Origin: Acaryochloris marina MBIC11017
Lineage (GTDB): Bacteria > Cyanobacteriota > Cyanobacteriia > Thermosynechococcales > Thermosynechococcaceae
Assembly (NCBI RefSeq): GCF_000018105.1
Contig: NC_009925.1
Location: 5,310,001-5,342,000, forward strand
Direction: 5' to 3'
Length of the DNA: 32,000 nucleotides
Position 1 is the stretch's first letter. The number at the start of each line of letters is the position of its first letter. The notes beneath the pieces were generated by a model, which had not been told where the DNA came from, did not search any database, and saw only the letters and a program-made list of their open reading frames with translations. Positions 1 through 8,329 of the stretch are shown here, one piece after another. The translations under genes were made by a program, and so were the position numbers.

Positions 1-1
1 C

Positions 2-337
2 CCCGATGCTGAATGCTGTGCATCTTTACATCTAGAGGATCCAAGTTGGCACCGCGCCTTGGTTGGCTTTACCAAAAGTGGTGGCTACAACTTCCTCTAT
101 GACACCATCAAAGACATCCCCCATCCCACCCTGATCCTCTGGGGTAAAGCGGACAAAATTATGGGGGTCAAAGATGCTGACAAGTTTGATCAAACCATTG
201 CCAACAGTCAGCTGATTTGGATTCCAGACTGCGGTCACGTCCCCCATTTAGAACAATCTCAACTTACCGCTGACTATATTTTGGAGTTCTTGGTAACGCC
301 TGCAAATACCCCAATATATGCAGAGAACGGAATTTGA
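2..337 (+). CDS. alpha/beta-fold hydrolase, C-terminal part (5' end lies upstream of the window)
   Basis: The frame is open from nt 2 with no stop, so the TTG at 59 is probably not the real start. The C-terminus ...PTLILWGKADKIMGV...LIWIPDCGHVPHLEQ shows the late catalytic His segment typical of alpha/beta hydrolases. Confidence 0.75.
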   Translation, partial: PDAECCASLHLEDPSWHRALVGFTKSGGYNFLYDTIKDIPHPTLILWGKADKIMGVKDADKFDQTIANSQLIWIPDCGHVPHLEQSQLTADYILEFLVTPANTPIYAENGI

Positions 338-358
338 GGGCCCATAGAGCACGAGCAG

Positions 359-595
359 CTAGCTTGAGATCAGCTGTGATGATTGTCTTTGTTCTAGCCC
401 TTGCTGCTGTCTTCTTTTCTCAAAATAGATGTTGACTGGATTCTGTTTATTCTCAGTTTCCAATTGGGCACTCAATTGATCTAGGACAGCAATTTGCTCA
501 TCAAATTGAGCACAAACCTCACGCATTCTGGCAACTGAACGCGCTCTCCTTTCAGGATCAGGAATTCTGGGTTGGTTGTTCATCATAGATTCCAA
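359..595 (-). CDS. hypothetical small protein (78 aa), coiled-coil-like, no family recognised
   Basis: ATG ORF 18 nt downstream of ORF 614-949 on the same strand. Charged heptad-like stretch ARMREVCAQFDEQIAVLDQLSAQLETENK. I can name no motif. Confidence 0.4.
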   Translation of the reverse strand: MESMMNNQPRIPDPERRARSVARMREVCAQFDEQIAVLDQLSAQLETENKQNPVNIYFEKRRQQQGLEQRQSSQLISS

Positions 596-613
596 TTTCT
601 CTTGATTTCCTGA

Positions 614-949
614 TTACTGGCCTCTCCTGCATCTGTAATAGCCTGAGCTTGAGATATTGATCGGAGAAGTAAATCTAGAAGTAGCTGCTGGTTGAGATTC
701 AGCAATCTGAAGCGAGAGCCGATAAAGCTTAATGTAATAAGAAGTTGCCCGTTCTCTCACATTTTGAAGTTCATCTAGCTCTGGTATGGTCGCTTCTGTC
801 TCTCCAAATTGGGTAAAGATTACAAATGAAAATTTTGTCGCCTCATTAATAATTTTTAGTAATCGCTGCTGCAAGTTGAAGATGATATTTAGTGTTTCTG
901 CTGATAAATCGGCCATTGGTTCTATTAGGTGAGTTGAAGCCTCAGTCAA
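614..949 (-). CDS. hypothetical protein (111 aa from TTG 949, or 100 aa from ATG 916)
   Basis: ORF 70 nt downstream of the symporter gene on the same strand. No recognisable motif, and the start codon is uncertain. Confidence 0.4.
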   Translation of the reverse strand: MTEASTHLIEPMADLSAETLNIIFNLQQRLLKIINEATKFSFVIFTQFGETEATIPELDELQNVRERATSYYIKLYRLSLQIAESQPAATSRFTSPINISSSGYYRCRRGQ

Positions 950-1019
950 TCTTCCATGAGAAATAGATCTGTCAAAGTTTAGAACAATGGCAGGGGCTTC
1001 ACATCAAAGTGCTACATCC

Positions 1020-2711
1020 TTAATCCAACTGTTCTTCCCCAATATCGGCTAGGGCCAAAGGCGCATCTCCAGGGGTACGTAGGTTTTCCACGAGAGCCTG
1101 AATCTCAGGGGGTGGGGGTGGGGTTAACCGAGACACCACCAGGGTAACCACTAGGTTGATAAGCATGCCCAAGGTGCCGATCCCCTCTGCTGAAACCCCA
1201 AAGAACCAGGGAGACATACCGTAGAATTTCACACCTAAAATATAAACGGTGGTAAATAACAGGCCTGATACCATGCCTGCGATCGCACCTTCTCGATTGG
1301 TTCGTTTATCAAAAATCCCCAGCAAAATCACCGGAAAGAAGCTTGCCGCCGCCAAACCAAAAGCAAAGGCCACCACCTGAGCCACAAATCCTGGTGGATT
1401 GATTCCAAAATACCCGGCAATCAAAATGGCAAGCCCGACCATTATTCGGCCCACCATCACCCGCTCTCCTTCAGACGCATCTGGCTTGAGGAGCTTGTAA
1501 TAAACGTCATGGGCAATGGAGCTAGAAATCACGAGGAGCAAACCGGATGCCGTCGATAGAGCTGCCGCTAAGCCGCCCGCAGCCACCAACGCTACCACCC
1601 AAGGTGCAAGCTTGGCCACCTCTGGAGTGGACAGGACAATAATGTCGGGGCTAATTTTGACATCGCTCGTCTCTTCCGTAGGCGTCCATTCAATGGTGCC
1701 GTTCCCATTTTTATCTTCTAGGGTCAGCAACTTGGTCGTTTGCCATTTTTGTACCCAATCCAACTGTTGTACCTCTGCAATCGGCTGATTATGCAAGGTC
1801 CCAATCAGGTTATAGCGGGCAAAAGATGCGATCGCAGGGGCAGAGGTATATAGCAAAGCAATAAACAGCAAGGCCCAACCTGCAGAGTAACGAGCCGCCC
1901 GCACATTTGGCACCGTATAAAACCGGACAATCACATGGGGAAGCCCCGCCGTCCCCACCATCAAAGCAATGGTGATAAACAACACATCCAGCATGGATTT
2001 GGAGGCAAACGGTTGGGTATAGGCGTCAAACCCCAAATCTATCTGTACCTGGTTGAGTTTATCCACGACATCCCCAAAGGTGAAAGCCAATTGGGGAATG
2101 GGATTGCCTGTGAGTTGCCATGCGATCGCAACGGCGGGAATCAAGTAAGCCACAATCAACACAGTATATTGGGCCACTTGAGTCCAGGTAATCCCCTTCA
2201 TCCCGCCCAAAATGGCAAAGAAACCAACAATTACCATGCCAATAACCACGCCAATATTGACATCCACCTGCAAAAATCGGCTAAAGACAATGCCGACGCC
2301 CCGCATTTGTCCCGCCACATAGGTGAGAGAGACAAAAATAGCTGCTACAACAGCTACGAGCCGAGCCACCGTGGAATAGTATCTATCGCCCACAAAATCA
2401 GGCACGGTATACTTACCAAATTTGCGCAAATAGGGAGCCAACAGCAGGGCCAATAACACATAGCCCCCGGTCCATCCCATCAAATAAATCGACCCATCAT
2501 ACCCCAAAGATGAAATAAGTCCCGCCATCCCCATAAAGGAAGCTGCCGACATCCAATCCGCTGCCGTTGCTGCACCATTGGCAATCGCTGGAACCCCCTG
2601 ATCAGCGACAAAAAAGCCCTTGCTATCTTTCACCCGAGCCCGCCAGCCAATGTAGAGATACACCATAAAGGTGAGAATGACGAACATCGTTGTCCAAACT
2701 TCAACAGTCAT
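1020..2711 (-). CDS. sodium:solute symporter family (SSF) transporter, VC_2705/ActP-like subgroup
   Basis: Multi-TM ORF with SSF-like segments (GGYVLLALLLAPYLRKFGKYTVPDF, PHVIVRFYT, LLLVISSSIAHDVYY) and a long hydrophilic loop. I place the start at ATG 2711 (MTVEVW...), 4 nt after the stop of the DUF4212 ORF. The longest ORF extends to 2774. Confidence 0.9.
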   Translation of the reverse strand: MTVEVWTTMFVILTFMVYLYIGWRARVKDSKGFFVADQGVPAIANGAATAADWMSAASFMGMAGLISSLGYDGSIYLMGWTGGYVLLALLLAPYLRKFGKYTVPDFVGDRYYSTVARLVAVVAAIFVSLTYVAGQMRGVGIVFSRFLQVDVNIGVVIGMVIVGFFAILGGMKGITWTQVAQYTVLIVAYLIPAVAIAWQLTGNPIPQLAFTFGDVVDKLNQVQIDLGFDAYTQPFASKSMLDVLFITIALMVGTAGLPHVIVRFYTVPNVRAARYSAGWALLFIALLYTSAPAIASFARYNLIGTLHNQPIAEVQQLDWVQKWQTTKLLTLEDKNGNGTIEWTPTEETSDVKISPDIIVLSTPEVAKLAPWVVALVAAGGLAAALSTASGLLLVISSSIAHDVYYKLLKPDASEGERVMVGRIMVGLAILIAGYFGINPPGFVAQVVAFAFGLAAASFFPVILLGIFDKRTNREGAIAGMVSGLLFTTVYILGVKFYGMSPWFFGVSAEGIGTLGMLINLVVTLVVSRLTPPPPPEIQALVENLRTPGDAPLALADIGEEQLD

Positions 2712-2715
2712 AGGA

Positions 2716-2988
2716 TCACTTCTGCTTAGGGTTAGCGTTGTACTGACGATCGAGCTTATCCATCTGTTTGGCATAGATAAAGATCAAAGCCACAAACACA
2801 AAGATGGAGCCCTGCTGGGCCATCCAAAATCCCAGGGGTAAATTCCCAATGGGAATTTTATTCAGGGGCTGAACCAGCAAAATGCTGAATACAAGAGAGA
2901 CTAAGCCCCATACCATCAGCAAGGTGCGAATCAGGGCAGTATTTTGCCGCCAGTAGTTGGGCAAGCGGGGAGAGGTCATGGAAGGCAC
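2716..2988 (-). CDS. DUF4212 small membrane protein (putative solute-symporter small subunit)
   Basis: 90 aa with two TM segments. YWRQNTALIRTLLMVWGLVSLVF...PLGFWMAQQGSIFVFVALIFIYAKQMDKLDRQY matches my memory of the DUF4212 pattern. It sits immediately upstream of an SSF gene, the canonical pairing. Confidence 0.85.
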   Translation of the reverse strand: MPSMTSPRLPNYWRQNTALIRTLLMVWGLVSLVFSILLVQPLNKIPIGNLPLGFWMAQQGSIFVFVALIFIYAKQMDKLDRQYNANPKQK

Positions 2989-3239
2989 TCACAAAAAATT
3001 TACCCGCTAGTCTACTACTAGAGCTGTCCCCTATTGATGTAGCGATGGGGAACGTAACATTACCTATTACATTTTTGACTTCAAAACAGAAGCCCAATTT
3101 ACTACGCTAATCCTCACAGAACAACGATCAGCTCAGTGCTTAGAAATATCAATTTATCTTAGTTGTTTCGCCTTCTCAACAGGACTCTTCTCCTTTTCAA
3201 AGAATGAGCCCAGCTACCATAAGTAACAAAAGTAACGAT

Positions 3240-3288
3240 CCAAAAACAAACTGTAAACCCTATGAGACTCCATCCCACAGGGTTTACA
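3240..3288 (-). terminator. candidate rho-independent terminator downstream of the porin gene
   Basis: 10-bp perfect stem (3252-3261 tgtaaaccct / 3279-3288 agggtttaca) with a 17-nt loop. On the minus strand it is followed by GTTTGTTTTTGG. It lies about 190 nt after the porin stop. Confidence 0.5.
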
Positions 3289-3476
3289 ATCAATCTGACA
3301 ATCGGGAGAGGTTAACGAAAACCTAACCAGTATCTCAGGCAGGTCTTCCCTAAACACAGGTTTGAATCTTTGATATTAAAGGTGTCTTAGCTTCTCAAGA
3401 AAGAACCGTAAAGAACGCCCGTTCCATATGTTCTAATTCCAATGAAAGGCTTACTCCTCAAACCCATGGGTCTTTC

Positions 3477-5492
3477 TTAAAAAGAGAACGTTGCCCGAAG
3501 TAGCCCCTGAATGACATCGTTATTGCCACTTAAATTAAAGGGGTTTGAAATAAACATCACAGTTGGTGTCAGAGTAATATTGTCGTTAATCGAAAATCGA
3601 TAAAACGCTTCAAAGTTAGTTTGAGAAGGTTGACCATCACCAGCAACGACAAAGGGTTGACCTATAGCAACGGCAAGTAAAGAACCCGGTGCGCCAAGAT
3701 CCCGAATGCCTAAACCACCCATCCAGGTTAGGATGTAGTTACTAATACCAGTATTTCCTATACCAGTACCGAATGCATTATTGGGATCAGGGTTAAATAG
3801 ATCGCCTCGTTGTCCAGTGACTGTGTTAACTACAATCTGTGGATCAATCGAATAGCCGATCCGACCAAAGATCCCAAATCGGCGGTTAAAAGTTGCCTCA
3901 ACATTAGCACCAAGGGCATTCTGTCGAACGTTATTCGTCTCTGAATGGGTATATTGCAATCGAACCGCAAAATTATTCTGAGCTTCCTCTCCCCAAGTAT
4001 CGGCATACTCTAATTCAGCGGAAGCCTGATAAGGATCGCCAAATAATCCACCAGTACACGGAAAAGCAGGATCACATAAAGCGCTACCAGGATTTCGTCC
4101 GGCAATCTTTCCATCTCTAGCAATATAGAGAGCCCGGAAACTAACTGGTCCACCGTTAACATTCCAATCAACAGCCGCACCAGCACCACCTGGGACCCAG
4201 TTTCCAGCAGAAAATCCCGTAGAGTTGGCAATGATTAAAGGGTTATTGATGAAAAATCCAGAGTTGAAATCCTGGGCAGAATTATTGGCATAACTATTGC
4301 TATCGATAAAATCGCTCGGGAACATGTTTGTCCCCACCGTAAGAGTTACATCCTGACCAATGGGTTTAAAGCTATATGCTAATCGACGCAAGACTACACC
4401 ATTTCTCAGTCCGGCGTAGTCAACAGCCCCTAAGTCAACCAGTGAAACCCCAAGATTATTGCCTGGTGAAGTACCACCCACAACACGTGGAACGGGGAAC
4501 GGGTTTGGATCCCCTCCTACAAATGGTCCAGGATTGCCCAAGGGACCCCCGATTCCATTAGATACGGGAGAGTTAAGCCCTGCTGCTGAGAAAAAGTCTA
4601 ACCCCCCATTCCCAAATTCGAACTGAGTTTGGAGCAAATCATCGCCGTAAAAACTGGTGTTAAAGTTAAGCCGAACTCGGGCAATTGCCGATGGCCGAGA
4701 GTCACTAATCGTAGTTAGATTCGTGGGTTGTAAAGGGTTCAGGGAATTGGTTGCGACTAGCCCAGGAGCATTCCCATTAGGGATTGCCCTTGGAACAGGA
4801 AATGTATTTTGAGCGTTACTAACAAAGTCCCCAAATTGAGCGGCCATAACCACCTCACCCTGTAGTTTGGTGGTTGTTGAAAATTGCTGGGCTTCAACCG
4901 TTGCTACCCGTGCTTCCAATCCATCAACACGTCCTCTTAATGTGGCGAGTTCTGCAGCAAACTCATCTTGAAGTGCTTTGAGCGCATCTAAATCTTCCTT
5001 AGTGGCAAAACGATTGCTGAGATTATCTAAACACGCATTAACCAAAGCAGCAGCTTCACGGCGGGAAATAGCGCGGCTGGGCCTAAATGTTCCATTCGGA
5101 TATCCGGCAACACAGCCGTATCGCTCAACTAAGGATTGAATCGCTTGAAAAGCCCAGTCTGTTGGATCTACATCGCTCAGTTGGCCTACAGCAGTAACCT
5201 GAGCTTGTGAATTATCTTCCAGATCATGAAGACTACGATCACCTTGGTAAGTCTTGTTTGACCCTGATCCCAGCAGCTCATTAATGGTTAATTCTTCTGC
5301 ATTAGCAATTTGGATAGGTTGAAAAAATTTCGACTTAGGAAAATTCCCAGACTCAGCAACAATAGGAGAATTCTGTTGACCGCTATTTAGTGATGTTATT
5401 GGAGTTGCGTTTACGCTTAATTCTCCTGCCGCAATCGCAAGCCCCAAAAAGAATGTTCTAGCATAAACCTTTTTGTGGATATTTTTCTGCAT
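3477..5492 (-). CDS. cyanobacterial outer-membrane porin, SLH domain + coiled coil + OprB-like beta-barrel
   Basis: Four elements support the call:
- a signal peptide
- an SLH motif (DVDPTDWAFQAIQSLVERYGCVAGYPNGTFRPSRAISRREAAALV)
- a coiled coil (LQDEFAAELATLRGRVDGLEARVATVEAQQF)
- a Gly/Asn-rich barrel ending in the aromatic C-terminus ...LLRATFSF. Confidence 0.88.
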   Translation of the reverse strand: MQKNIHKKVYARTFFLGLAIAAGELSVNATPITSLNSGQQNSPIVAESGNFPKSKFFQPIQIANAEELTINELLGSGSNKTYQGDRSLHDLEDNSQAQVTAVGQLSDVDPTDWAFQAIQSLVERYGCVAGYPNGTFRPSRAISRREAAALVNACLDNLSNRFATKEDLDALKALQDEFAAELATLRGRVDGLEARVATVEAQQFSTTTKLQGEVVMAAQFGDFVSNAQNTFPVPRAIPNGNAPGLVATNSLNPLQPTNLTTISDSRPSAIARVRLNFNTSFYGDDLLQTQFEFGNGGLDFFSAAGLNSPVSNGIGGPLGNPGPFVGGDPNPFPVPRVVGGTSPGNNLGVSLVDLGAVDYAGLRNGVVLRRLAYSFKPIGQDVTLTVGTNMFPSDFIDSNSYANNSAQDFNSGFFINNPLIIANSTGFSAGNWVPGGAGAAVDWNVNGGPVSFRALYIARDGKIAGRNPGSALCDPAFPCTGGLFGDPYQASAELEYADTWGEEAQNNFAVRLQYTHSETNNVRQNALGANVEATFNRRFGIFGRIGYSIDPQIVVNTVTGQRGDLFNPDPNNAFGTGIGNTGISNYILTWMGGLGIRDLGAPGSLLAVAIGQPFVVAGDGQPSQTNFEAFYRFSINDNITLTPTVMFISNPFNLSGNNDVIQGLLRATFSF

Positions 5493-5558
5493 AATTTTAC
5501 TTTCTCACACCATTAATTTTTAACTAACTTATTTTGTCAGTATTTTGTATGCTTTGAA

Positions 5559-5591
5559 GCTAAGCTCCTCGCATGGGGTGAGGAGCTTAGC
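5559..5591. promoter_or_regulatory. strong hairpin in the porin upstream/leader region
   Basis: 12-bp perfect stem (5559-5570 gctaagctcctc / 5580-5591 gaggagcttagc) with a 9-nt loop, 67-99 nt upstream of the porin ATG (5492, minus strand). No U-tract on either strand. Confidence 0.4.
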
Positions 5592-6219
5592 CTGGAATCA
5601 CGAATTAATAACAGTTTCGCGATGTTTAAGTTGTGTAAAAGGATGGATTGACTTAGTGCTAGGCTTGGAAATAATTATTTTGAAGATGAACGAGATTCAA
5701 GGAGTAATTAGGAGAATAATTAAGGTAAACTTGGATTTATGCTGCTTTTTAGGTAAACAAAAATAGAGCTATTCTGAGAGAAGAATTTATATTTATCAAA
5801 TATTTTGATATCCCTGATAACCACCAAAACGACATTTGTTGAAAAAACATAAAAGTATTCTTAAGAACTTACTCTATTGCAACCTAATTTAATCTCAGCT
5901 AGGATTACGCTCTTCTTTAAAGCATTTTCTTGAAAGAATGCATGGTGCAGCTTACGCAAGAATAAGGTTTTCAGCTTATACCGAACTCAGTTTGATTACA
6001 CTCATAATGAAGGCTCTGACAGGCTTCGAAATTCACTTGCCTGACATTGAGTGTTAGAAGTTCTATCTTGAGCAGATGTTGTAATTCTGGATGTCATGCT
6101 CAGATTTGGCCATTTATTTCACCTGAGAATCGATTCCTTTGGTAGGTGAATCCAACACCTATTAAAGAACTCGGATTCAGCATAGATAGATGTGCCAGGG
6201 AGCCATTGGGATCCCTTAA

Positions 6220-7905
6220 TTACTTGGAACTTCTGTAAAAATCGAATCTTCCAATGCCTGCAAACTGCCCTTTAGCAGTTTCTCCTTCTGGGAAAGCAGT
6301 TGCCTCAAATTGATAAGTACCAACTGAAGGATTTCTAACGGGTCGAACGGCGATAGTAACTCCTTTCCCAGGTACTACTGGTGAATTAAAAACAACAGTG
6401 AGAGTTCTGGTGGGAGGGTCTGTAACGATAAGTCCTAGAGGTAATTTTGTGCCTTTATTTCTTGGTGTTCCTTCAAAAGCATTTACTGCTTTAGCTTTAA
6501 ATCTTGGATATTCAACGCCCTGCTTAAGAGTTAAGTTAATTTGCTGAAGTGGTAATTTGGCTGATGCTGGAACATCAATTGTGAAGTAATAAGTTGCACC
6601 TAATTCTTTGGCATTTTTACTTGTTGATTGCGAGCTAACTAATCTAGGTGCTTGGGCAAACGAAAGTTGTGGACCGCGCGTTTTAGGTGGAATCTGGGGA
6701 GCATCCAGTAATTCAGCTAACTTAGTTGTTGGATTCGGTTGAATCTTTGGACTTATGGAAGTGGTGGGGAGCTGAGCTGGCTTAGCTGTAGTTTGCAGAG
6801 GAGCAGGTGGTGCTTGTGGTGTGGTGGGGAGTTGAGCTGGCTTAGCTGTAGTTTGCAGAGGAGCAGGTGGTGCTTGTGGTGTGGTGGGGAGTTGAGCTGG
6901 CTTAGCTGTAGTTTGCAGAGGAGCAGGTGGTGCTTGTGGTGTGGTGGGGAGTTGAGCTGGCTTAGCTGTATTTTGCAGAGGAGCAGGTGGTGCTTGTGGT
7001 GTGGTGGGGAGCTGAGCTGGCTTAGCTGTATTTTGCAGAGGAGCAGGTGGTGCTTGTGGTGTGGTGGGGAGCTGAGCTGGCTTAGCCGTAGTTTGCAGAG
7101 GAGCAGGTGGCGTTTGAGAAGCGGTAGAAGGAGATATTTGAGCTGGTTGAGTCGTAACTTTTGGACGTACTGATACCGAATTAGGAGAATTAGGCAATTG
7201 AGCAATATTGGTATCTATTCGTTTAGCTGCTCTAGAAAATGTGTTGATCGGAATACCAAGATTAAATCCAGTTTTAATGGGGTATTCTTCATATCCTGAC
7301 TGGTATACCTCTCTGCCCTCAGCCAACCCGTGGATACCGATGACTTCACCGCTCTCATTAAAAATAGGTCCACCACTCATCCCGGCACGAGTGACATTTG
7401 TATAGATTAACCGATAGCCTCTAGCAACGGGTCTAGGGCAAATACCTGAGATTTCTCCACTGGTTATTTGATAAACGTGAGGTAGAGCTTTTCCTGGTGC
7501 AGGCCAACCAGCAATGAATACTTTATCCCCTTCTGTGACATTATCGGAATTTCCCATTTTCGCTTGGGAATAACTTTTATCACTTGTGAATGACACAATA
7601 GCAAGATCAACATTGGGTAACTTTTTAACAGTGTTGTAATCCAAGCGATATCTTGCACCATCAGGTGTCACTATCTCATATTCATCTTCTGTTTCGATAA
7701 CGTGCTCAGCAGTCAGAACAAAGTAGATATTTCCTTGTTTACCAATAATGACGCCGGAACCAGGATTTTGCCCATCGATCAGAATTGTGCTTTGTTTAGC
7801 TAAACGATAAACATCTGCTTGTTTATTTGCCGCAATTACATAAGGTTGAGTCGCTGCAATCACTATGCCCAAAAGTGTTGTCGGTAGAATGGATAAACAC
7901 ATCAT
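6220..7905 (-). CDS. secreted trypsin-like (S1) serine protease with Pro-rich repeat linker and C-terminal DUF2808 domain
   Basis: Three regions after the signal peptide:
- catalytic-triad contexts LTAEHV, VDLAIV and AGMSGGP
- six 20-aa repeats, PPAPLQ(T/N)TAKPAQLPTTPQA
- a C-terminus (YYFTIDVPA...GVTIAVRPVRNPSVGTYQFEATAFPEGE...GIGRFDFY) that matches my memory of the cyanobacteria-restricted DUF2808. Confidence 0.85.
   Translation of the reverse strand: MMCLSILPTTLLGIVIAATQPYVIAANKQADVYRLAKQSTILIDGQNPGSGVIIGKQGNIYFVLTAEHVIETEDEYEIVTPDGARYRLDYNTVKKLPNVDLAIVSFTSDKSYSQAKMGNSDNVTEGDKVFIAGWPAPGKALPHVYQITSGEISGICPRPVARGYRLIYTNVTRAGMSGGPIFNESGEVIGIHGLAEGREVYQSGYEEYPIKTGFNLGIPINTFSRAAKRIDTNIAQLPNSPNSVSVRPKVTTQPAQISPSTASQTPPAPLQTTAKPAQLPTTPQAPPAPLQNTAKPAQLPTTPQAPPAPLQNTAKPAQLPTTPQAPPAPLQTTAKPAQLPTTPQAPPAPLQTTAKPAQLPTTPQAPPAPLQTTAKPAQLPTTSISPKIQPNPTTKLAELLDAPQIPPKTRGPQLSFAQAPRLVSSQSTSKNAKELGATYYFTIDVPASAKLPLQQINLTLKQGVEYPRFKAKAVNAFEGTPRNKGTKLPLGLIVTDPPTRTLTVVFNSPVVPGKGVTIAVRPVRNPSVGTYQFEATAFPEGETAKGQFAGIGRFDFYRSSK
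6761..7112. repeat. 60-bp tandem repeat, about 5.9 copies, in-frame inside the protease gene
   Basis: Read directly from the sequence. Units 6781-6840, 6841-6900 and 6901-6960 are identical to each other. Units 6961-7020 and 7021-7080 are identical to each other and differ from the first set at 2 positions. The flanking units are partial or diverged. Confidence 0.97.
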
Positions 7906-8329
7906 TAAATTAGTTAGTGCTAGAGTTGGGCATTTTTCAAATGCAGTTTATAGTTTACCTTGCATCACTTTAAGATAATTCCCAGCATAGCCAATAGATA
8001 TTAAAGATATCAATGGATAGTGACGAAAGTACATTATCCAAAATTTAATTATAGAGACTATTTAGTGCTAATCGTGTAAGATTTAATCTTATTTAATTCA
8101 AATTCAACAAAACAACAACTACTTCCTTGCCTACGGAAGAAAGCACATGATCAAATAAATATTTTAGTATTTTAAATGCCTTAAATATAGAATTTTCCCA
8201 TTGTTACTGTTAACACATATCAGTGATCGCTACCGAAGATCCTTTATCCAGTTAAGGTCAACCAGACTCACCTAATAGTAAAGATAAATTAGAAGAATAA
8301 AATACAATTGCTTTAGGAGAACAGTAGAA

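Noticed and set aside
1516-2456. Plus-strand ORFs (90 aa and 173 aa) opposite the symporter gene.
   Set aside because: They are antisense to a confidently identified SSF transporter. Their composition is low-complexity or His/Gln-rich with no motifs.
2858-3097. 79-aa minus-strand ORF overlapping the DUF4212 gene.
   Set aside because: It is an alternative frame of a gene whose own frame matches a known family, and it extends into the AT-rich promoter region.
3204-3326. Plus-strand ORF of about 40 codons (MSPATISNKSNDPKTNCKPYETPSHRV...) in the porin/symporter spacer.
   Set aside because: It is hydrophilic and low-complexity with no RBS. It is built across the hairpin that I interpret as the porin terminator.
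4010-4561. Short ORFs (73 aa on -, 61 aa on +) inside the porin gene.
   Set aside because: They are embedded in or antisense to the porin frame, with no independent support.
5545-5766. 73-aa plus-strand ORF upstream of the porin gene.
   Set aside because: It starts with a TTG in AT-rich spacer DNA and reads through the 12-bp palindrome (SSSHGVRSLAW mirrors the hairpin arms). It shows no coding-like composition.
5796-5812. AT-rich palindrome atcaaa-tat-tttgat between the protease and porin genes, as a possible Fur-type operator.
   Set aside because: It has only 6-bp arms in very AT-rich DNA, which is expected by chance, and it does not match the Fur box beyond AT content.
6761-7112. Could the regular 60-bp periodicity be a CRISPR array?
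   Set aside because: The units are directly abutting with no unique spacers, are in-frame coding sequence, and lack a palindromic repeat core. No cas genes are nearby.
6739-7205. Two long ORFs (144 aa on +, 150 aa on -) running through the 60-bp repeat.
   Set aside because: They are alternative-frame or antisense readings of the periodic repeat (WLSCSLQRSRWCLWCGGE..., HHKHHLLLCKLQLSQL...). They lie wholly inside the protease gene, whose frame connects two recognisable domains.
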